A stretch of 22,398 nt of DNA from Candidatus Zixiibacteriota bacterium (lineage in GTDB: Bacteria; Zixibacteria; MSB-5A5; CAIYYT01). Each line of letters starts with the position of its first letter. Within the stretch, counting starts at the first letter, position 1. The translations under genes and the position numbers were made by a program. This document shows, in pieces, positions 7,888 to 14,943 of the stretch. Where the stretch lies: positions 1 to 22,398 of the forward strand of contig JBECKX010000141.1 of assembly GCA_040235515.1 (NCBI GenBank), read 5' to 3'. The notes under the pieces were generated by a model that saw nothing but the letters and a program-made list of their open reading frames with translations, ran no database searches and was not told the origin of the DNA.

Positions 7888-10311
7888 GTGGCGCATAGCG
7901 TAGCAGGTCAGAAAACGGAACAGCGTTCCGGGTTGAAAGAACAGTTTTCGGAAACACGGAAGTTGACCGAGGAGTTACTGGCACCACTTGAGGTCGAGGA
8001 TCAGGTAGTACAGACCATCGAGGATGTTAGTCCTCCGAAGTGGCATGCGGGCCACACGACCTGGTTTTTCGAGCGGCTGATTCTGCAGGAGATGATGGAG
8101 GGCTATCGTCCGATCGATGAGCGTTTCTACTTCGTATTCAATTCCTACTATGAGTCGCTGGGAGAGCGCGTCGAACGCAACCTGCGTGGTACGTTGTCAC
8201 GACCGACTGTGCGGGAGGTGATGGACTACCGCAACAGGGTTACCGATCTCATGGAGGGGTTCATCGAGAATTGCCCGGAGAATATCTGGCCACGAGTTGA
8301 GCAGTTGACGCTGCTTGGCATCAACCATGAGCAGCAGCATCAGGAACTATTCCTGACCGATATCAAACATATCTTTGCGTCGAATCCCCTCAAGCCGGCT
8401 TACTCGGAGTCGGTGGCGGAGTCATCCGCAAGTCAGGGAATCGGGATGAGTGGGGGAAATGGGGGAGCGAAGTTCCTGCAGGTGGAGGGTGGCCTTCACG
8501 AGATTGGTGCAAAACCGCAACCCTTCGCTTATGACAACGAGTTTCCACGTCACAAAGTCTACCTGGAAGATTTTGCCATTCGCTCACATCTGGTAACCTG
8601 CGGTGAGTTTCTGGAGTTTATCGAGGATGGTGGTTACCGCGATCACAACCTGTGGCTCTCGGACGCCTGGGCACTCCTTGATCAGAGCGGGTGGGAAGCA
8701 CCACTTTATTGGCGCAATGCCGATGGTGTCTGGCGAATAATGACGCTGCAGGGTGAGCGGGACCTTGATAAGGATGAGCCGGTATGCCACGTGAGCTTCT
8801 ACGAGGCGGCGGCCTTCGCACGCTGGAAAGGAAAGAGGCTTCCGACGGAAGCGGAATGGGAAGTTGCAGAGGAGAAGCTGGGCAACTCGGGCAAGCGGGG
8901 AGCATTGCTGGAGGATCGAGTGTTTCATCCTCGGGTGGAGCAGCGCGACGGGAACTCGCCGCAGTCTTTAATCGGCAACGTGTGGGAGTGGACCCAGAGC
9001 GGATACCTGCCATATCCGGGTTACACACAGAGTCGGGATGCCCTGGGTGAGTACAATGGCAAATTCATGAACAATCAGTATGTCCTTCGTGGCGGGTCTT
9101 GTGCGACTCCCATGAGTCATATCAGGCCGACCTATCGGAATTTCTTTCAGGCGGAAAAGCGCTGGCAGTTCACCGGCATCCGGCTGGCAGAGAATCTATG
9201 GGGGCAGAACCTGGCAGACCGTGGCGAAACAGCAATCGCCGGAGGAGCACCGGCAAAGGAATCAAGTGAGATGATGGAGATGACGATAGTGCAGGAAATC
9301 AAGAACGTCGATGCGGGTCACTTCTCAGAGACCCATGCGGATCACGGTACGTTTGCCCTGGATGTCCTGACAGGATTGTCCGAGACGCGAAAGTCGATCC
9401 CGTCTCGCTACATGTATGATGATGAGGGTAGCCGGCTCTTTGCAAGGATCATGGAACTTGAGGAATACTACCCGACGAAGTGCGAAGCGGACGCGCTGGC
9501 CAGAAACTGTGCGCGGATCGCCGACTATGCAGGAAGTGAGCCCTTCAACCTGGTCGAATTCGGTTCAGGGAATGGTGTGAAGACCAAAATCCTGCTCGAT
9601 CATTTCCTTGAACGGGAGCTGGACTTTACCTACGTGCCGATCGATATCTCGCAGGCAGCGATGGAAGAGCTGGCCGGTGATTTGAAGGCCACCTACCCGG
9701 AATTGAATTTTACGGGGCTGGTAACCGACTACTTCACCGGCGTCCGGTGGCTCAACCAACAGGAGGAGAAAAAGAACTTCGTGCTCTTCCTCGGCTCCAA
9801 CATCGGGAATTTCCCGCACCCGAAGGCGAGGTTCTTTCTGCGCAACCTCTGGAATTGCCTCCAACCGGGGGATCAGGCGTTGATCGGGTTTGATCTGAAG
9901 AAGGATATCGAACTGCTCCTCTCTGCCTACAACGATTCGGAGGGTGTTACCGCTGCGTTCAACCTGAATGTATTGAAACGGATCAACCGGGAGTTGGGTG
10001 CGGAATTCGATCTTTCAAAATTCCGGCATTTCGGTAGCTACGATGTCTTCAGCGGGGCTATGGAGAGCTATCTGGTGAGCCTGGAGCAGCAGGAGGTGTT
10101 CATAGAGGCGCTGGGGCGGTCTTTCACCCTGCGCGCCTGGGAGCCGATTCATATCGAGTATTCCTACAAGTATCTCGAAAGCGACATCGACAGAATCGCC
10201 CTGGAAACCGGGTTCTTCGTGAAGGAGCACTTGTATGACTCCAAGCGTTACTTCGTCGATTCGGTCTGGGGAGTTACCAAGTCCGATAGCAACGGCGACT
10301 CCGACAGATAG
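7888..10311 (+). CDS. egtB-egtD: Ergothioneine biosynthesis fusion: N-terminal sulfoxide synthase EgtB plus C-terminal L-histidine N-alpha-trimethyltransferase EgtD
   Basis: EgtB part: SPPKWHAGHTTWFFE, FNSYYE, RGTLSRP, HEQQHQE (3-His iron site) and an FGE-sulfatase fold (RLPTEAEWE, GNVWEWT, EYNGKFM, VLRGGSCAT, WQFTGIRLA). EgtD part from about 9271: GLS...KSIPSRYMYDDEGSRLF, EYYPT..E, EFGSGNG.KT, YVPIDIS, FLGSNIGNF, GFDLKKD, AYND..GVTAAFNLN.L.RINREL, IEYSYKY. Confidence 0.92.
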   Translation: MAHSVAGQKTEQRSGLKEQFSETRKLTEELLAPLEVEDQVVQTIEDVSPPKWHAGHTTWFFERLILQEMMEGYRPIDERFYFVFNSYYESLGERVERNLRGTLSRPTVREVMDYRNRVTDLMEGFIENCPENIWPRVEQLTLLGINHEQQHQELFLTDIKHIFASNPLKPAYSESVAESSASQGIGMSGGNGGAKFLQVEGGLHEIGAKPQPFAYDNEFPRHKVYLEDFAIRSHLVTCGEFLEFIEDGGYRDHNLWLSDAWALLDQSGWEAPLYWRNADGVWRIMTLQGERDLDKDEPVCHVSFYEAAAFARWKGKRLPTEAEWEVAEEKLGNSGKRGALLEDRVFHPRVEQRDGNSPQSLIGNVWEWTQSGYLPYPGYTQSRDALGEYNGKFMNNQYVLRGGSCATPMSHIRPTYRNFFQAEKRWQFTGIRLAENLWGQNLADRGETAIAGGAPAKESSEMMEMTIVQEIKNVDAGHFSETHADHGTFALDVLTGLSETRKSIPSRYMYDDEGSRLFARIMELEEYYPTKCEADALARNCARIADYAGSEPFNLVEFGSGNGVKTKILLDHFLERELDFTYVPIDISQAAMEELAGDLKATYPELNFTGLVTDYFTGVRWLNQQEEKKNFVLFLGSNIGNFPHPKARFFLRNLWNCLQPGDQALIGFDLKKDIELLLSAYNDSEGVTAAFNLNVLKRINRELGAEFDLSKFRHFGSYDVFSGAMESYLVSLEQQEVFIEALGRSFTLRAWEPIHIEYSYKYLESDIDRIALETGFFVKEHLYDSKRYFVDSVWGVTKSDSNGDSDR

Positions 10312-10541
10312 AGCCTCACAGGGAGCTTTTCTCACGCCCTGCCGCTGACTCCGACAGGTTCGGGTCGGAACATTTCGTGCTGTCTCTCTACCTCACATTT
10401 GAGACGAATTTGCCGACTAGTTGGATAAACGGATTCCTGTCCAACAGAGAGTGGATGAACCTAATATCTCTGTGATCCGACAGCCGCCCAGGGCGGTACA
10501 ACATCCCGGTACCAGATTGACAACGGAACGGAAAGTTTGAT

Positions 10542-11123
10542 ATGAAAAGTTTATGTGTTTATTGCGGATCAAACCCAGGACGCCTTGAGGCGTATTCTGC
10601 CGCCGGCCGACAGCTTGCCGAGCTGATGGTGGCACGGGGTATCAAACTGGTTTATGGGGGGGCGAGCATCGGAGTAATGGGGGCGGTGGCTGACGCCGTG
10701 CTGGAGGCGGGCGGAGAAGCGATCGGGGTGATACCGGAGTCGCTGGTACGCCGTGAAGTTGCGCACAAGAACCTTACGGAGCTACATATCACCAACTCGA
10801 TGCATGAGCGCAAGACGCTGATGGCGGAGCTTTCTGATGGGTTCATCGCGCTACCGGGAGGAATCGGCACCCTCGAGGAGATATTCGAAATCTGGACCTG
10901 GGCGCAGTTGGGGATTCACGCCAAGCCGTGCGGGTTACTCAACGTCGCTGGCTACTACGATTCGCTGACGCAGTTCCTTGACACCGCCGTCGCGGAGCGG
11001 TTCATCGATGCATCGCATCGCTCGATACTGGTGGTAGAAGACGACCCGGGAGTACTGCTCCGCAAATTCGAAGAGTACACTCCGCCAAATGTTCAGCAAT
11101 GGGTTGAACAGGCAAAGACATAG
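10542..11123 (+). CDS. LOG-family nucleotide phosphoribohydrolase (Rossmann-fold, YvdD-like)
   Basis: CVYCGS, LVYGGASIGVMG, MHERK, diagnostic PGGIGTLEE, KPCGLLN..GYYD. Confidence 0.93.
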   Translation: MKSLCVYCGSNPGRLEAYSAAGRQLAELMVARGIKLVYGGASIGVMGAVADAVLEAGGEAIGVIPESLVRREVAHKNLTELHITNSMHERKTLMAELSDGFIALPGGIGTLEEIFEIWTWAQLGIHAKPCGLLNVAGYYDSLTQFLDTAVAERFIDASHRSILVVEDDPGVLLRKFEEYTPPNVQQWVEQAKT

Positions 11124-11591
11124 TTTGCTGCCTGAGGCTCTGTGATACAGATATAACTGGGGAACTCTTCCGGAATCTGAGGTGGTGATGATTGCGCGAG
11201 GCAACTCTGACTGACCGTCTGACCCCTGAAAGCAGACGGCAATGTTGGAGCGTCATTGCCGTCAATGCTTTCTCCCTTTACAGGTCTAGGTAAAGGGCCC
11301 TTTTGAGTTGATTTTACGAAGTGAACGTAATCTTTAACCGTCAGCGGTAGCTGTTACATTCTCCTTCCGCTATGTGGACCTGCCCGACTCTGAGATTAGC
11401 ACCCAGCAGATTGAGTTCTTAACCGGTTCATTGTGAAGGCGGCATCCGTTCGCGCGAAGAATATTCTGCAGCCGACAGCAGGAGTGTTTGGCTCATTTGA
11501 GGCAATGCGTACACGGTCAAAGCAGAGATTGCGTACGATTTGGTGGTACGGCTTTGGCCCTCTTCGCTCATCCAACAATGATTTGTAACTT

Positions 11592-11620
11592 AAGCTATTG
11601 CAGCATAAGAGACTTGTCAA
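11592..11620 (-). promoter_or_regulatory. Putative orphan sigma70 promoter pointing into the LOG/LuxR intergenic region
   Basis: Minus strand reads TTGACA-AGTCTCTTATGCTGCAA (17 nt)-TAGCTT. Confidence 0.45.
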
Positions 11621-11660
11621 GAAACGAAACTACGACATAAAAGGGCATGAAATGCGTACG

Positions 11661-13673
11661 TTATTTACGTAGTATGTCGATGAGGTTTTCTAAGTGGCTG
11701 GCCAGGTTGATCTCCGAATTGGTGATTCCAAGCTTCCGCCTGATATTCTGTCTGGTCTTCTCCACGGTCCGGGTTGAGAGCCGCAAGGTCTCTGCTATCT
11801 CCTTGGTTTGGCTGCCCGTACGGATCATACTGGCGATTTGAAGCTCACGCCGGGTTAGATTGCCGGCGAGGTTGGCCAGAGTCCGCGTGAAGGGGGAAGT
11901 GATTTCTCGCAGTTCTGTTTCTATCTGTTTGAGCAGGCCGAGGTTCAATTCGGCGCAGGATTGTTTCAATTGTTCGATCAACGGAGTGATTTGCTTGTCG
12001 ACGTTCTCGATCACCTGTTCTTTGACGCGATTGCTCTCAGATTCCATCAGGCGCACCATGCCGCGCAGAGTCGTATTAGCGTCATTGAGTTCCTCGTGTT
12101 CGTGCTTGAGGTCGCGGTTGGCTTTATCGAGCTTGCTTTCCATCAGTTTGCGTTCAGTGATGTTTCGGACCAGCGCTACGCAGGTGTTGTTTCCACTTCT
12201 GACAAAGCGGGCCTCGTAGTCACCGGTCCTTTGTGGCAGACTGAGCGAGTACTCGAGGATTTGGGTCTCGCCGGAATCAATGGCTGCCTGCGTCTTTTTC
12301 AGAATCTTCGAGCCGATTCGCTTCGGCATCCACTTGTATGCCTTCTTTCCGATGAACTCCTGCGGTGGTGCGATCGGAGGCTCGTTGGGGACTCCCTTGA
12401 AGTCGAGACAGATTCCATCACGGTTCAAGACGAAGACCATATCGGGGAGTGCCTCCAGGATAGCGCTCTTGTGCGCTTCCGAGTTCTTCAGTTTTTGCTC
12501 CAGTTCGCGGTGGGGAGTGATGTCATGGGACACCGAGACAATGGATATCCTCTCGCCCGACTCGTCGATGACCGGTATGATGGCGGTATCGCTATAGGCG
12601 GCAGAGCCGTCTTTGCGAGTGCCCTTGACCACTCCACTCCAGCGATTACCTTTACTGACTTGTTCCCAGATTTCCTGATTCAGTCGTTCGGCCACGTCAG
12701 CGGCAACCAGGTCACCGACATACATATCGATGGCCTCTTCCGACTTGTAGCCGAGCAGGCTTTCGGCGCCTGAGTTGAACTGAACGATCTTCCCATCGGC
12801 GTCGGTGACCATCACCGCATCGGAGATATTCTCAAATGCAAACGCGTGCAGGCGCAGCGCCTTTTCCGTGCGTTTACGCTCCGTAATATCGACACCGATA
12901 GCGATGGCTACCAGTTCACCGGTCGCCTCGATTTCGAAGGATGAGGTTGACCAATAGATCGTGAGGATCTCTCCCGATTTCGTGACCCAGGGTCCTTCGT
13001 AGGTATCTCTCGGATGTTCTCGCACCCACTGGCCGAAGTTGTCGTGGCCGGCGTGGATCGCTTCGGGCGGCAGAAAGATTTCGTGATACACTTTGCCGAG
13101 CACTTCCGAAGCTTTGTAGCCGCTCAACCGTTCACATTCGGAATTGAAGACCGCGACCCGGCCCTCTTCATCGAGGGCAAAGATCAGGCAGTTCGCAGTC
13201 TGCAGGATCGTCTTGTTAAAGTCACGTTCCCGTTGCAGCATCTGGTTGCGCTCGATTGTTTCGCTGATATCAGTAGAGACGCAGAGAGCTGTGTCGGGTT
13301 TACCGTTCGAGTCGGGCAGTGGCTGGATTGTCGTTACGAACCAGCGTTGCTCGCCATTGACAATCGTTGGTCGTCGATGCACTTCGCCCTTCTGCGTCTT
13401 GATGACTCTGCAAATCGACTCCAGTTGCCGGTTGGCATGTTCGGGGGGAAACAACTCCCCCATCTGTTTACCCAGGAAGTCCTGAGGTATCCCGCCGAGG
13501 GCTTGTGCCGCCAGTGAGTTCATTTCAATGAAGGTACCATCATTTCGCACTGCAAAGATGGCATTGGGGGCGTGTTCAATCAGTGTGCGGAGAAATAGCT
13601 CTGGCGAGTAGCCGTTCGGATGCTCAGTGTGTGAAGCTGGATTGTGAGGATTCCCCGAGCTTTGCTTTGACAT
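11661..13673 (-). CDS. One-component transcriptional regulator: four PAS domains, a coiled coil and a C-terminal LuxR-type HTH
   Basis: Four PAS/PAC units end in TDISE, VDITERK, HDIT and RNITERK. The HTH reads LTRRELQIASMIRTGSQTKEIAETLRLSTRTVEKTRQNIRRKLGI. SD GGAGGA precedes the ATG. No receiver or kinase motifs. Confidence 0.92.
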   Translation of the reverse strand: MSKQSSGNPHNPASHTEHPNGYSPELFLRTLIEHAPNAIFAVRNDGTFIEMNSLAAQALGGIPQDFLGKQMGELFPPEHANRQLESICRVIKTQKGEVHRRPTIVNGEQRWFVTTIQPLPDSNGKPDTALCVSTDISETIERNQMLQRERDFNKTILQTANCLIFALDEEGRVAVFNSECERLSGYKASEVLGKVYHEIFLPPEAIHAGHDNFGQWVREHPRDTYEGPWVTKSGEILTIYWSTSSFEIEATGELVAIAIGVDITERKRTEKALRLHAFAFENISDAVMVTDADGKIVQFNSGAESLLGYKSEEAIDMYVGDLVAADVAERLNQEIWEQVSKGNRWSGVVKGTRKDGSAAYSDTAIIPVIDESGERISIVSVSHDITPHRELEQKLKNSEAHKSAILEALPDMVFVLNRDGICLDFKGVPNEPPIAPPQEFIGKKAYKWMPKRIGSKILKKTQAAIDSGETQILEYSLSLPQRTGDYEARFVRSGNNTCVALVRNITERKLMESKLDKANRDLKHEHEELNDANTTLRGMVRLMESESNRVKEQVIENVDKQITPLIEQLKQSCAELNLGLLKQIETELREITSPFTRTLANLAGNLTRRELQIASMIRTGSQTKEIAETLRLSTRTVEKTRQNIRRKLGITNSEINLASHLENLIDILRK

Positions 13674-13712
13674 CGTTCCTCCAAGGGAAAGGAATACGTA
13701 TGAACAATACGT

Positions 13713-13741
13713 ATTATAGGGCAGGGAGTCGGGCTTAGCAA
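13713..13741 (-). promoter_or_regulatory. Sigma70 promoter of the PAS-LuxR gene
   Basis: Minus strand TTGCTA-17 nt-TATAAT, about 40 nt upstream of the ATG. Confidence 0.7.
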
Positions 13742-13902
13742 GTCAAATGTCAATAATGATAGCGAGTCCGGGCAATCCAATCAGGATGTGACATACGCCC
13801 TTATGCGTAAGAAAACTGCGTATCTCGGTCGGTGCGATGGTCTTACGGGGTACTCGCGGCAAATCTGCTGAGATCCGGTTCTGGTGGCCTCACTTTATAC
13901 TC

Positions 13903-14679
13903 CTAGCAGTCGACTCCTGCCAGTCGGTGGATTGTGACTGCTACGCGGGGGGAGCAGAGAGCTGAGTCGGGTGGACGATTGGGGGCAGAGAGTCCGGCGC
14001 TCCGGAGTAGCTCGTGATTCGAAATCGTCGCCTCTGCCGGGGCGATTCGATACGGTTCACGGTAGACTCGCGCCTGCAGCAGGCGTTTGGTTCGGTTGTT
14101 CACCGCAAAGAATGAGTAGCGCTCAAGGAGGAAGAATTCAAAGCTGTCCGGTTCGGCGGCCAGGTAAGAGTTCGTTGAGTTCCACTTGATGCCCACCTGC
14201 TCCAACCTCGGCGCGCTGAGCCGCTCCGCGCTGAGCTCATGGCGAAAGGTGTTCCCCTCGACTTGCTGCGAACGAGAGATTTCGCTGAAGTGGTAGTTGA
14301 GGTGGAACAGATGCCGACCTAACTGCACGGCGACGCGGCTATTGGCATCGAGCGAATAGAACCAGACGCCGGTTCTGCCGAGGTTATCGTAGACGTAGGT
14401 GCGAAGATTCAATTCGTGCAGCGACGAGATTCCGGGCAGCTTCGGTGCAAAGCGAGCTCGAATGTCACTCATTGAGGTGGCGACCGCACCGACCCAGGCG
14501 TAGTCGTCATAGGTATCGACGTGGAGTCCCGGTGGCAGCGTAGAGGCGATCTCTTCTACTGGATAGGCCCAGTGGAGAAACAGCAGATCATTCCAATTCT
14601 GGTAGAAGAGGACAGGAGTCGAGGGGATATCTCGATCACGAAGCCGTGATTCCGGCGTGGGATGGGTAGGGCGGTTCAT
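13903..14679 (-). CDS. DUF2071 / YqjF-family protein
   Basis: Q.W.DLLFLHW, LPPGL.VDTYD..AWVG, ELNLRTYV, GVWFYSLDANS..AV and EFFLLERY. The start is taken at ATG 14679 because the longer ORF begins inside the tRNA terminator. Confidence 0.88.
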   Translation of the reverse strand: MNRPTHPTPESRLRDRDIPSTPVLFYQNWNDLLFLHWAYPVEEIASTLPPGLHVDTYDDYAWVGAVATSMSDIRARFAPKLPGISSLHELNLRTYVYDNLGRTGVWFYSLDANSRVAVQLGRHLFHLNYHFSEISRSQQVEGNTFRHELSAERLSAPRLEQVGIKWNSTNSYLAAEPDSFEFFLLERYSFFAVNNRTKRLLQARVYREPYRIAPAEATISNHELLRSAGLSAPNRPPDSALCSPRVAVTIHRLAGVDC

Positions 14680-14686
14680 CACAGCT

Positions 14687-14723
14687 AAAGTAAGAAGACC
14701 CCCGGCCAATTGCCAGAGGTCTT
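14687..14723 (-). terminator. Probable terminator downstream of tRNA-His
   Basis: Minus strand GACCTCTGGC-AATTG-GCCGGGGGTC stem followed by TTCTTACTTT (an interrupted U tract). Confidence 0.6.
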
Positions 14724-14730
14724 TCGATGT

Positions 14731-14808
14731 TGGGGTGGATGATGGGATTTGAACCCACGACCCTCAGAGCCACAATCTGATGCTCTAACCAACTGAGCTA
14801 CACCCACC
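14731..14808 (-). tRNA. tRNA-His: tRNA-His (anticodon GUG) with encoded G-1 and CCA
   Basis: Minus strand G-GTGGGTG TA GCTCAGTTGGTTAGAGC A TCAGA TTGTGGC TCTGA GGGTC GTGGG TTCAAAT CCCAT CATCCAC C CCA gives a full cloverleaf, GTG anticodon, C discriminator and G-1. Confidence 0.97.
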
Positions 14809-14860
14809 ATAGCTTTCTATTTGGCCCGCGGATTAGATTCTGCTGACCGCGCGGGCTAAC

Positions 14861-14888
14861 AATATATGGGTACGATTCACGTTAGCAA
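14861..14888 (-). promoter_or_regulatory. Putative promoter of tRNA-His
   Basis: Minus strand TTGCTA-16 nt-TATATT followed by a GC-rich stretch (GTTAGCCCGCGCGG), as is usual for stable-RNA promoters. Confidence 0.5.
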
Positions 14889-14943
14889 TAGAATTTGCGG
14901 CCGCGTCCGGCGGAAGATTCCCGGCGTTGGGGCAGAGCCGATT

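Noticed and set aside
7888..10311. Alternative calls OvoA (ovothiol) or SenA (selenoneine)
   Set aside because: The C-terminal methyltransferase carries EgtD-family motifs rather than the OvoA type, and no senB/senC (SelD-like) genes are in the window.
10517..10545. TTGACA just upstream of the LOG gene as a promoter
   Set aside because: No acceptable -10 at 16-18 nt spacing, and that position would overlap the start codon.
11396..11620. 74-aa minus-strand ORF in the LOG/LuxR gap
   Set aside because: Its TTG start is the -35 hexamer itself, there is no SD, and the composition is not protein-like.
14731..14760. tRNA-His 3' end as an integration (att) site
   Set aside because: No duplicate of the tRNA 3' end and no integrase were seen in the window.
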